Notes under the pieces: generated by a model
The model's input: only the letters and a program-made list of their open reading frames with translations
Databases searched by the model: none
Told to the model about the DNA's origin: nothing
Assembly: GCA_021463645.1 (NCBI GenBank)
Contig: JAJTYI010000005.1
Span: 680 to 64,679, forward strand
Length of the DNA stretch: 64,000 bases
Reading direction: 5' to 3'
Origin: a bacterium
GTDB taxonomy: Bacteria > Patescibacteriota > Dojkabacteria > B142 > OLB20
Position numbers and translations under genes: made by a program
Part shown: in pieces, positions 55,302 through 64,000 of the stretch
Numbering within the stretch: the first letter of the stretch is position 1
Layout: the number at the start of each line of letters is the position of its first letter

Positions 55302-55640
55302 ATGGAACCTGCCAAATCCTCAAGTAGCTTGTTGTTGAAACTTTCCGTTGCTTTTTTCTTTTTTTCTCTCATTACTACACTACTAGTAGTCGGATTATTA
55401 ATCTCAAGGAGTACGGGTAAAACCTGTAACTATAACGGAACAATTTATAACGATGGTGAAGGTTTTATGGATGACTGCAATAGTTGTAGTTGTAATGACG
55501 GAGATGTCACTTGTACACTTATGGCTTGTGAAGCTGGTGATGATGATATCTTCTACCCAGAATCTGACTACGAAGATGACGAGGATATGGTTGATAATGA
55601 ATATCCTGAAGTTACAGAAGCATTATCAGAAACCCCTTAA
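55302..55640 (+). CDS. Small N-terminally anchored protein with a VWC-like Cys-rich module and an acidic tail
   Basis: 112 aa. A TM helix, CNYNGTIYNDGEGFMDDCNSCSCNDGDVTCTLMAC, and a D/E-rich tail. Confidence 0.5.
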   Translation: MEPAKSSSSLLLKLSVAFFFFSLITTLLVVGLLISRSTGKTCNYNGTIYNDGEGFMDDCNSCSCNDGDVTCTLMACEAGDDDIFYPESDYEDDEDMVDNEYPEVTEALSETP

Positions 55641-55642
55641 TT

Positions 55643-56014
55643 TCAAATAAACAAATCCAAAATTTTCGGAAGAAAGATTAAAATTGCCACATTAACAGAG
55701 AATATTGCTGAGATAAGTACTGCCCCAGCAGCTAGGTCTCTTGCATTTTTTGTAGAGTCATAACTCAAACCCAGATCATCTCTTAATTTATTACAGATAT
55801 CCTCTAAAACTGTATTTACAGTTTCTAGGCTCATTACGAGGCTGAAACAGAGAAACACAGTAATCCATTCCATTAATGAAATATTGAAAAATAGCCCGGC
55901 TATAGTGACCACTACCACTGCAATAATGTGGACACGCATATTCCTCTCTTTCGAGACCAACGAAAGACCTCTTATTGCATGTGGAAAGCTTTTGAAGACT
56001 TTTTTAATATCCAT
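55643..56014 (-). CDS. dgkA: Diacylglycerol kinase / undecaprenol kinase (DgkA family)
   Basis: 123 aa. SFPHAIRGL…ERNMRVHI, three TM helices, and LETVNTVLEDICN. Confidence 0.8.
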   Translation of the reverse strand: MDIKKVFKSFPHAIRGLSLVSKERNMRVHIIAVVVVTIAGLFFNISLMEWITVFLCFSLVMSLETVNTVLEDICNKLRDDLGLSYDSTKNARDLAAGAVLISAIFSVNVAILIFLPKILDLFI

Positions 56015-56023
56015 AGAAAATAT

Positions 56024-57391
56024 TTAGTCTGGAACGGTTATCTGTTCGACATCTTTTGTACTATTCTTTGGGAGCCAACCAGTTTGGCCATTCGATAATT
56101 CAATCCTGTACCATTCAGCTGTTTCTTGAATCATTTTAAATTGTTCCCCCTCTTCGGCTAGGTATATAACATTTGCACTCAAGCTATTCGTCTCGTACAC
56201 ACGATATTTTGAATCCTGAGTGGTCAAGCCAACATTTAGCTCATCAAAAGTGGTTTGTGACTCATCAGTTTTCTCAGTCTCGGCTCCTTGCACTGATGAT
56301 GAAGGCTCTACTAATGGAACACTTGTAGCTTCTGGTTGTTTATCCTCAGAATTCTGAGTAGGTGGAACGAGCTCCATCCAGCATTTCCTCTCCATAACAC
56401 CAATTACATCTTGTATGAAGACTAGATACATTATGACTAAGAAGAATATGAATACCAGTAGATTAATTAATTTTTTATTCTTTTGCATTTTTTTGTTTTT
56501 TTGCATTTCTTTGTATGTGTAGTATGCGGTTAATGCTAATCCTAATAATGATACTCCGATAAATATTGGTAATCTATTATTACTTATTACCTCGGGAGCA
56601 CCTGAACATACTTCTTCGAAAACCTTCTCAGGAAGGACATTGAATACCACTTTATTTTCATACCGAGATTCTCCACCAACGAAAACCTTTATGTTTCCAT
56701 AATATTCCCCAGCAACCAATCCATGATTTTTAATTATTGCTTTGACGTCAGAGAATACATACGCTGGTGCTTGTTCAATTATATCCGTCTCTAACACAGC
56801 AATTTCTTTCTCGAGTAGATTTTGAACCGTAACTTCAACTTTCGATGGAGCAAGGTTTGTATTTCCGTTATTTTGTATCTTCAAATCAACAGTCATTTCC
56901 TCTTTCTCGTAAGTATCTGGGATGCTTGCAGCTCTAATTTCTAGGTCAATTAAACTATCTTCCGTAGTGGCCAATTTAATATCCACCCTAGCTCCTTTTA
57001 CAATTGAAACTCCTTTTACTTTTTCTTTCGGTGTGGCTAAAATTCTAAACAACCCTGTATAATTTTTGGTAGCAGCGTCGGCTGGAATATTAACAATCAC
57101 TTTTATTGGCACCCTTGTTTCCCCTACAGGTAATGTAACGTTCATACTCGGTTCGAATGTCACCCAACCATTCAATTCACCTAAGTCAGGTTCTATTATC
57201 GCTACAAGCTCTTCATCTGGATCTGACCGGGAGATAATCATGTCTTGAACGTATTGCGTACCTTTCTTAAGCGAACTATTTGTGATACCAGCTGGTGATA
57301 TTCCGAAGCCCGCATGTACTGTCTCGGGCAAGAATATAAGCAAACTTAAACTTAATACTATTGTAAATAATAATTTTTTCATATTTACCAT
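56024..57391 (-). CDS. Surface-assembly accessory-like protein: signal peptide, chaperone/DUF916-like beta-sandwich, CARDB-like domain, TM pair, C-terminal SH3b
   Basis: 455 aa. GFGISPAGITNSSLKKGTQYVQDMIISRS…VPIKVIVNIPADA. LEIRAASIPDTYEKEEMTVDLKIQNNGNTNLAP (CARDB-like). Two TM helices flank KNKKMQKNKK. C-terminal AEWYRIELSNGQTGWLPK (SH3-like). Overlaps the upstream gene by 7 nt. Confidence 0.45.
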   Translation of the reverse strand: MVNMKKLLFTIVLSLSLLIFLPETVHAGFGISPAGITNSSLKKGTQYVQDMIISRSDPDEELVAIIEPDLGELNGWVTFEPSMNVTLPVGETRVPIKVIVNIPADAATKNYTGLFRILATPKEKVKGVSIVKGARVDIKLATTEDSLIDLEIRAASIPDTYEKEEMTVDLKIQNNGNTNLAPSKVEVTVQNLLEKEIAVLETDIIEQAPAYVFSDVKAIIKNHGLVAGEYYGNIKVFVGGESRYENKVVFNVLPEKVFEEVCSGAPEVISNNRLPIFIGVSLLGLALTAYYTYKEMQKNKKMQKNKKLINLLVFIFFLVIMYLVFIQDVIGVMERKCWMELVPPTQNSEDKQPEATSVPLVEPSSSVQGAETEKTDESQTTFDELNVGLTTQDSKYRVYETNSLSANVIYLAEEGEQFKMIQETAEWYRIELSNGQTGWLPKNSTKDVEQITVPD

Positions 57392-59109
57392 TGAACTAAT
57401 TCTCCAAGTACTGATAATACGGTATTTGTTCCATTATATACACCTGGAGGAATACCCGTAGGAATTTCTAGACCCCACCAGATATTTTCTATTTCAGGTG
57501 AAGATGAAGATGTGGTTTTTAAAATATTAATTTCGTATTCTGTTGCTGTAGTACTTAATGCAGACCCACTAGCATAAGCAGTACTGGCTGCAAGTGCGTG
57601 TTTTTGATATCCTACACCTATTACTCCACTTCCACCATCTGTCATATCAGTTCCAGACAAATCCGTATCAATACCTGTATTTCCAGTGTTTGTAACTGCT
57701 GTAATTTTATCCAATGGATCATTTTTCTGGCCTACGTCCAATGAGCCGTAGTTTATACTGCTGGTTACATCTAAACCTGAAACTGTGGCCACCTCTACTC
57801 CTGCACCAACTTGTACTGCATGTGTTGCTGCATCATCATCGATTGCATTCACTGTGTTTAACCAATTTTGTGCTGGATACTGTGAATCCGCATCTGTAGG
57901 ATCAGCATGATATTGGACAACCACCGTACAGGTGTAATCTGCAAATTCATCAGTACTTCCAGTACAAGTCCCACCAACGACTGAACAACTTACTTGAGCA
58001 TAACAATAGTTATCGTTATCTTCTGCATTCGTATCGCATCCAGAATATGCGATAGCACTTCTATAAAGACTTGTCTCGACAGTAGTCAAATCTTGACAGC
58101 TATTTTTATCTTGAACGGTTGCTGTGACAGGAACGTTCAATGTATCACCTTCAGGAACTGAAATATTTGCTGCTCCATTAAGCGTTACAGAACTAACCAC
58201 AGGTGCGAGATTGTTTATAATATAAGCACCTGTTCGATAGTTCGAAGCAGAAGCCAAACTATGACTATCGAATACGTACGCATAATAATTAACTGTTGTA
58301 TCAGGAGCAACCGCTGCAATACTTATCTGACAACTCGGATTCGAAGCTGTATTTGATGAGGTACAGATTTGTGTTCCTACACAACCAGATACTGTTGCTC
58401 CGGATGTGTCTGCACAAACCACTAATTTCACTGTATCTTGAACAGTATCACTATCCCCATCAGATGCTGTTGCTGTGAAGGTCATCGTTCCTCCTGGATC
58501 TGCTCCTGAATCTGCTCCTCCTCCTCCGTTATCTGAAACAGCCGAGAATGAAGGGTCATGGTTGACTTTGAATGGGGAACCTGTAGCACCACTTCCTGTG
58601 TTTCCTGTTAGAGAACAACTAGCAGATGATGAGTTATTGTCGCAAACGAATGCATACCAGACATTGCTCTCTGCATCAGTTCCTTGAGTTGTGTATGTAC
58701 ATGAAGCCTGGACACCTGAATCAGTCGCCGTAGAGACACACCAAGTGCTACTTGCAGCACAAGTTGGTGCAGCGCCTCCAACTCCTGCAGTAATTGCATC
58801 GGTTTTACAAATTGCAAGATAATAATCTTCTGCATTGGAGTCTGTCGCTGTAGCTTGGAATACTATATTCGAGCCTTCATTTGTGGGAGTAGTCCCATCA
58901 CTGGCTGTACTCTCTGCAGGACCTGCAGTAATTGTCGGTGCTGAGTTACCAACTGTAACACTCGTGGTTACAGTCTCTGCATGTACTAAAATCTTGAAGC
59001 TTAAAAGCAATACAACTAAAAAGACAAAAAGTCCAAGGGAAATATACACAAAATTTCTTATCTTCTCGGTCGTCATTGAAATAAATATGTGTGAACAAAA
59101 ATGTACCAT
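57385..59109 (-). CDS. Large Cys-rich surface protein, paralogue A (three Ig-like repeats plus a WxL/SCPU-like C-terminal beta-sandwich)
   Basis: 574 aa. A more likely start is the ATG at 59076 (MTTEKIRNF…). N-terminal anchor or signal. Repeats begin GNSAPTIT, VNHDPSF and NNLAPVV. The C-terminus reads INYGSLDVGQ…NIWWGLEIPTGIPPGVYNGTNTV. Confidence 0.55.
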   Translation of the reverse strand: MVHFCSHIFISMTTEKIRNFVYISLGLFVFLVVLLLSFKILVHAETVTTSVTVGNSAPTITAGPAESTASDGTTPTNEGSNIVFQATATDSNAEDYYLAICKTDAITAGVGGAAPTCAASSTWCVSTATDSGVQASCTYTTQGTDAESNVWYAFVCDNNSSSASCSLTGNTGSGATGSPFKVNHDPSFSAVSDNGGGGADSGADPGGTMTFTATASDGDSDTVQDTVKLVVCADTSGATVSGCVGTQICTSSNTASNPSCQISIAAVAPDTTVNYYAYVFDSHSLASASNYRTGAYIINNLAPVVSSVTLNGAANISVPEGDTLNVPVTATVQDKNSCQDLTTVETSLYRSAIAYSGCDTNAEDNDNYCYAQVSCSVVGGTCTGSTDEFADYTCTVVVQYHADPTDADSQYPAQNWLNTVNAIDDDAATHAVQVGAGVEVATVSGLDVTSSINYGSLDVGQKNDPLDKITAVTNTGNTGIDTDLSGTDMTDGGSGVIGVGYQKHALAASTAYASGSALSTTATEYEINILKTTSSSSPEIENIWWGLEIPTGIPPGVYNGTNTVLSVLGELVQW

Positions 59110-59145
59110 AATTAATAATGAACTTCAATCATCTAAATACAATAA

Positions 59146-60828
59146 TTACCATTCTGCCAACTCACCTTTAACTGCAGTCACAGTGTTGGTTCCTGTATAT
59201 ACTCCAGGCGGAATTCCCAAAGGAATTTCCAAACCCCACCAAGTATTTTTTGTCTCAGGTGCTACTGAGGATGTGGTTTTGGGAACGTTTAACTCGTACT
59301 CTGTCAATACTGTTGTAAGGGATATTCCACTTGCATAGGCAGTTCCAGAAGTCAAAGAGTGTTTTTGATAATTTACTCCTATAACTCCACTGCCCCCATC
59401 TGTCATATCTGTACCTGCTAGTTCTTGATCCAATCCGACATTTCCAGTGGCAGTTACAACTGTGATTTTGTCTAATGGGTCATTTTTGTCTCCAATATTT
59501 AATGAGCCATAATTAATAACACTCGTGACATCGAGAGCATTCGTTGTCAGTACCTCCACACCTGCCGAGACTTCCAAATCATGACTCTGTGAATTATCAT
59601 CGATAACTTTTACCGTACTTAACCAGTTCTCTAATGGGAATAAGCTGTCTGTAAAAGTGGGGTCAGCGTGATATTGCATATCTACACTACAATTATAATC
59701 AGCAAATTCGTCAGTACTCCCTGTACAAGTACCTCCAGTAACAGTACAAGTCACTTGCGCGTAGCAATAGTTATCATTATCCAGAGCATTAGTATCGCAA
59801 GCAGGATATCCAATATCCGACCGATAAACGCTAGTCTCTGCTGTCGTAATATCCTGACAACTATTGTAGTCTCTTACAGTAGCGGTGACCGGAACAGTTG
59901 TAGTAACTCCCTCTGCTAATGAAATATTTAACGAATTGTTTAAAAACAGAGAAACAACTGTAGGTGCAACGTTGTTAATTGTGTATGTTCCAGTTACGTA
60001 GTTTGACAATGACGCGAAGCCATGGCTATCAAACACATATGCATAATAATTATAATTTCCATCAGGAGCTACATTTGGAATATTAATCTGACAGGTCGGA
60101 TTTGATGCGGTGTAAACCGAAGTACAGAGTTCAACTCCTGAACAACCAGAAGCTGTTGCTCCCATCGTGTCGGCACATACTACTAGCTTGACAGTATCTT
60201 GGAGTGAATCGACATCGTCGTCATTGGATGTGCCTGTGAATGTGATTGTTCCTCCAGGGTTCGAGCCAGAGTCTGCCCCACCTCCTCCATCATCAGTAAT
60301 CGACGAGAAATTTGGATCATGATTAACTTTAAAAGGTGAACCAGTACTTCCTGTTCCCGTCGCTCCAGGTGAAGAACAACTGGCATAGGTTGCGTTGTTG
60401 TCACAAACGAAGGCATACCACTCATTACTTTCTGGATCGCTATTTTGTGTGGTGTAGGTACATGATGCCTGAACACCAGAATCTGTCACCAGAGAAACAC
60501 ACCAGCTTCCACCACTACATGTTGGAGGAGCACCACCTACTCCAGGAACAACTGCATCAGTTTTACAAATTATTAGATAGTAATCCTCAGCGCTAGCATC
60601 AGTTGCAATCGTTTGGAACGTTAAATCAGCTCCGACATTTATAGGATTATTTCCATCACTTGGCGTACTTGTTTCTGGTCCAGAAGTTATTACTGGTGAA
60701 GCATTCCCAGCAGTCACAATTGTAATAACCGTCTCTGCGAAGACCACAGCTTTAAATCCAGCTAAAAACATACCTAAGATGATTAGATTCGTTAGTAGAT
60801 TTAATTTGTTAATTCTCAAATTTCTCAA
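59146..60828 (-). CDS. Large Cys-rich surface protein, paralogue B
   Basis: 560 aa and collinear with paralogue A along its whole length. It has long identical blocks, for example NDNYCYAQV, GTCTGSTDEFADY and GTDMTDGGSGVIGV. Confidence 0.55.
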   Translation of the reverse strand: MRNLRINKLNLLTNLIILGMFLAGFKAVVFAETVITIVTAGNASPVITSGPETSTPSDGNNPINVGADLTFQTIATDASAEDYYLIICKTDAVVPGVGGAPPTCSGGSWCVSLVTDSGVQASCTYTTQNSDPESNEWYAFVCDNNATYASCSSPGATGTGSTGSPFKVNHDPNFSSITDDGGGGADSGSNPGGTITFTGTSNDDDVDSLQDTVKLVVCADTMGATASGCSGVELCTSVYTASNPTCQINIPNVAPDGNYNYYAYVFDSHGFASLSNYVTGTYTINNVAPTVVSLFLNNSLNISLAEGVTTTVPVTATVRDYNSCQDITTAETSVYRSDIGYPACDTNALDNDNYCYAQVTCTVTGGTCTGSTDEFADYNCSVDMQYHADPTFTDSLFPLENWLSTVKVIDDNSQSHDLEVSAGVEVLTTNALDVTSVINYGSLNIGDKNDPLDKITVVTATGNVGLDQELAGTDMTDGGSGVIGVNYQKHSLTSGTAYASGISLTTVLTEYELNVPKTTSSVAPETKNTWWGLEIPLGIPPGVYTGTNTVTAVKGELAEW

Positions 60829-60892
60829 TTTTATAATTTCTTAATTTCTAAATTCCTTCATTTTTTCCTCATTTCTAAATATCTACATTTTA

Positions 60893-63800
60893 TTACGGAA
60901 TATTATCATTCTTGGCTAATACCGTATTCATCCCATCATACACCCCTACATCCTGTCCAGGATCTAACCCCAGTCTCCAATACAAGTTTTTGGTTTGAGA
61001 AGATGGTGAAGATGTCGGTTTTGCAAGATTGAATTGAATCCTGAATGCCGAAGATGTTAAGTCTGTTCCACTTCCGTAAGTGAAAGTACTCATAGAATAT
61101 TCCTGCTGTCCCACTGCGATTGAATCTCCAGCACATGTAGGATAATCAGTACACATACTATCCCCTAATAATTCTAAATCAATGATTATATTCCCTTCGT
61201 TCGTAACCAAAGTTGTTTTCTCCAAACTACTGTCTCCTGCCAACATCAAACCATAGTCAATTGAGGTAACAATATCGAGAGCCGAGAGACTCTCGACATC
61301 AGGAGCGTTTGTAGCACTGAATTCACTTCCTGTGTCGCTATGACTATCTGTTGCCTCCATCCATCCTCTCCAATATTCAGAAGGCATAGTGCTGTTGGCG
61401 TCAGTAGCGTCTGCATGGAAATACATGGATACAGTACAAGTAGCCGTACAGATATTCCCAGAACAACCTGATAAATCACAAACTGCGTCTGCATAGCAGT
61501 TATTATTATCAGGAGTACAGCTCTCAGCTCCAGCAACTCCTGATCTATATAATTTCCCTGTCACACCAGCAATTTCTGCATTACCATCCAAATCAGTTAT
61601 TGTCGCTGTCCAGCTAACATTATGAGTTGACCCTGCAGAAAGGCTTATATTTGAGGCTCCGTTAACAACAACATTTTCTACTGTAGGTACATTGTTAGTT
61701 GATCCGGACAACACAGTTTCCCAACCAATATTATATGGTGATAGATCTCCTATTGAGTAAATCGCTCCTACTTTTCCATTTCCTGTGTTATTTGCATTGT
61801 AATTTGTATATATCTCTGTTGAATCTGTAACCAAAGTACTACTTGTTCCCCAGGACCAGCTCGGACCTGCAGAATATGTCGCTTTTTTCGTAAAAATATC
61901 ATCGCTAGTAGAGCCAATATATCCAAGGTAGAGATCACTTGTGGCGGTATCTTTAGAAAGGCCCAAATAAGTGTTATCCGTATTGGTATCGAGCGAAGCG
62001 TTTGTGAAATCCCAATCCCCGTCATATCGGTCATAATAAATATTCCCTGAAGAATTAACATAAGCTAAGTGAACATAATCGATAGTGCTGATAGTTTGGC
62101 CTACAGTTGAGATATTTTTATGTAGACCTGTCGAGAGTCCTGTCACAATGGAATCCTGGACTCCCGGGACTGAACCAGCACTTAGTAGGAGGCGGTTATA
62201 GAATACATCTGTGCCGTCGGAGTAGAGGTAGTCGATTTCGGATTGAGATGTAGTATTTGTGGATTCAACTAGAATTTCAACCATACCGAGTTCTGGAATT
62301 AGGTCAAAGCTTCCTAGAGTTATGTCATTATATATTACAGCTTCTAACGAACTAATCTTTTCTTCTGACCACCCACCCGAGGGTGCAGTTAAAGTCAAAT
62401 AATCTGTCCAACCAGAATTAGCATCTCTCTTAGTAATTCTTCCCAAAAATTGTCCTGAAGAAGTACCACCATCAGTATAAATGTCTACCAAGAGATCCAA
62501 AGCTGAGGAAAAATCGTTAGTATAACCCGATTTACCATGGAATCTAAACTTAACACTCATAATACTTCCCAGACCCGACACGTTTGTTCCTTCAATACTA
62601 ATATGGTTAGTAAGACCATTATCTTCAGACTTTGTTGTACTGGTCGCAACCGTCGAAAAATCGCTATCGTCCGCATTGGTTTCATTTGTCCAAACTCCAT
62701 TGGGATCTGATGCTGCTACATCAGACCCGTCAAAATAATAAGTATTCGTTTGCACCGGAGCCACTCCTGTCGAGTCGTAATTGTTGATATAACTCCACCT
62801 TGGCTTCACATCCTGCAAAGCTCCGTGCATTTCAAGTACTGTTTCTCCACTCCAAGTCTGTGCTACTGAATCATATTTATCATAGACTATATCATCTTGA
62901 TCGTCTTCGTAAAACACATATACATCTGATCCAATTATTGAGATGGAAGGCTCAATGGCAATGTATGTGGTTTCTATTACCGATTGCCATGTTGTCCAAC
63001 CATCAGAATCATTATGTTTTACTAGATTTAAATAATCACTTGTACCATCTTCGTCTGTATACGCAATCCAAGTATTACCGTCCACATCAACAGCCATTCC
63101 AATATTTTGATAATCATACTTTACGCTTGAGTCAATAGTATAAGAATCCGTAAAGGATGAGGCATCATTTTGATCAGCTCTCTTAATAATTAATTCTCCA
63201 CTTGTATTAATATACGCAAACTCAACAAGATCTTCATCGTTCATGATCATGTTGAAGTTAAAATAATCACCAGTGTAGATTGTTACAGGTGTTGGATTCC
63301 ACCCTCCGCCTATAAAATTCGAATATTTAAGATAATTCTGAGTAAGACTATCAACATAATGACCGAATGATATATGTGGTACTTGATTAGAATCTAAGGC
63401 AACATTCGCGTTAAAGATCTCGTTTAATGTCGCCCCTGAAGAAAAAACTATTGGTAATGTATTGGATATCTGGTCATTTACTACCTCCACTAAGTATAAT
63501 CTTTGTTGTAAAACGAAATTCGAAGCAGTGAAATATATTTTGTCAGATGCATCGATTGCGATAGACAGATTAGTGTTCCCATCACAACTTGGTGTATCTG
63601 CAGGATCAACTTGTGTCCAAAAACCCCCATTGTCTGCCGATTTCCATATCTGACAATTGCCAGATACATACAAAACTGTATACAGAGTTCCATTAGAAGA
63701 TCTTACAATGTGTTGACCAGCTTGCATCATCTCACTGAAATTACTAGAATCGTTTATATTAGTTGGTGTCCTCCTCAAATAAAGTGAATCATAATAAACA

Positions 63801-64000
63801 TCTGTCCCATCAGAATATATGTAATCAATTTTATTTGGACCGTAGTTGTTCCATTCGAAAGATGATTTGACTTTGACGTCTTGGAAAGTGCCTTCATGCA
63901 ACACGGTTTCGCCTGCCCAATTCGTACCATCAAATATATCGTAAGCAATATCATCCTGATCGTTTTCGTAAAAAACATAAATAGTACCTCCAATAGGTAC
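60893..64000 (-). CDS. Very large surface protein (5'-partial, open to the window edge): BNR/Asp-box-like propeller repeats plus the same C-terminal Ig/WxL-like module as paralogues A and B
   Basis: The frame stays open upstream of the track's GTG at 63904 (…VPIGGTIYVFYENDQDDIAYDIFDGTNWAGETVLHEG…). That sequence repeats an internal unit (YVFYEDDQDDIVYDKYDSVAQTWSGETVLEMHG). Asp-box SADNGGFW. The C-terminus reads SIDYGLMLAG…NLYWRLGLDPGQDVGVYDGMNTV. Confidence 0.55.
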   Translation of the reverse strand, partial: VPIGGTIYVFYENDQDDIAYDIFDGTNWAGETVLHEGTFQDVKVKSSFEWNNYGPNKIDYIYSDGTDVYYDSLYLRRTPTNINDSSNFSEMMQAGQHIVRSSNGTLYTVLYVSGNCQIWKSADNGGFWTQVDPADTPSCDGNTNLSIAIDASDKIYFTASNFVLQQRLYLVEVVNDQISNTLPIVFSSGATLNEIFNANVALDSNQVPHISFGHYVDSLTQNYLKYSNFIGGGWNPTPVTIYTGDYFNFNMIMNDEDLVEFAYINTSGELIIKRADQNDASSFTDSYTIDSSVKYDYQNIGMAVDVDGNTWIAYTDEDGTSDYLNLVKHNDSDGWTTWQSVIETTYIAIEPSISIIGSDVYVFYEDDQDDIVYDKYDSVAQTWSGETVLEMHGALQDVKPRWSYINNYDSTGVAPVQTNTYYFDGSDVAASDPNGVWTNETNADDSDFSTVATSTTKSEDNGLTNHISIEGTNVSGLGSIMSVKFRFHGKSGYTNDFSSALDLLVDIYTDGGTSSGQFLGRITKRDANSGWTDYLTLTAPSGGWSEEKISSLEAVIYNDITLGSFDLIPELGMVEILVESTNTTSQSEIDYLYSDGTDVFYNRLLLSAGSVPGVQDSIVTGLSTGLHKNISTVGQTISTIDYVHLAYVNSSGNIYYDRYDGDWDFTNASLDTNTDNTYLGLSKDTATSDLYLGYIGSTSDDIFTKKATYSAGPSWSWGTSSTLVTDSTEIYTNYNANNTGNGKVGAIYSIGDLSPYNIGWETVLSGSTNNVPTVENVVVNGASNISLSAGSTHNVSWTATITDLDGNAEIAGVTGKLYRSGVAGAESCTPDNNNCYADAVCDLSGCSGNICTATCTVSMYFHADATDANSTMPSEYWRGWMEATDSHSDTGSEFSATNAPDVESLSALDIVTSIDYGLMLAGDSSLEKTTLVTNEGNIIIDLELLGDSMCTDYPTCAGDSIAVGQQEYSMSTFTYGSGTDLTSSAFRIQFNLAKPTSSPSSQTKNLYWRLGLDPGQDVGVYDGMNTVLAKNDNIP

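Noticed and set aside
56455-56525. Tandem DNA duplication encoding KNKKMQKNKKMQKNKK in the 455-aa protein
   Set aside because: This is a short in-frame A/T-rich duplication between two TM helices. It is probably replication slippage in a basic cytoplasmic loop and is not an independent feature.

Overview
This is an AT-rich, tightly packed bacterial chromosome segment, mostly coded on the minus strand under the standard code, since long ORFs run through TGA-free frames. Gene content and style suggest a small-genome, monoderm, Patescibacteria/CPR-like organism. That placement is inference; no search was run. Supporting traits are many short overlapping gene junctions, few classical SD sites, numerous membrane-anchored proteins of unknown function and VirB2-like pilin paralogues.

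Recognisable housekeeping genes:
- smpB, groES-groEL with a CIRCE-like operator, an ftsA-like gene, rplY (L25), yidC-jag and rsmE
- dgkA, a polyprenyl synthase and an SDR reductase
- a phosphoketolase-acetate kinase pair
- a sensor histidine kinase and an XRE regulator
- a YhaN/YhaO-type SbcC/SbcD-like pair
- a tyrosine recombinase next to a tRNA-Ile(UAU)

Features that stand out:
1. A 9.4-kb same-strand block (23313-32692) holds nine consecutive proteins built on one two-helix VirB2/TrbC-like pilin hairpin. Most carry Cys-rich ectodomains, and four are tandem paralogues with an invariant core. They sit directly behind a membrane-anchored Clp/Hsp100 double-AAA+ ATPase, with no canonical T4SS or T4P machinery in the block.
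2. A surface-protein locus (56024 to the window end) has three paralogous large Cys-rich Ig-repeat proteins sharing a C-terminal WxL/SCPU-like beta-sandwich. With them is a membrane-anchored chaperone-like CARDB/SH3 protein, an arrangement that resembles the Csc/WxL cell-surface complexes of Firmicutes.
3. The 3' end of the tRNA plus a downstream hairpin is repeated three times.
4. An SbcD-like gene with all its motifs intact is interrupted by one in-frame TAA.
5. Several unusual architectures occur: a Lon AAA+ module without a protease domain, a LOG-methyltransferase fusion, an NDT-like-RHH fusion and a VWC-like mini-protein.

All domain calls come from reading motifs by eye in the supplied translations. 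None has been confirmed by a database search.
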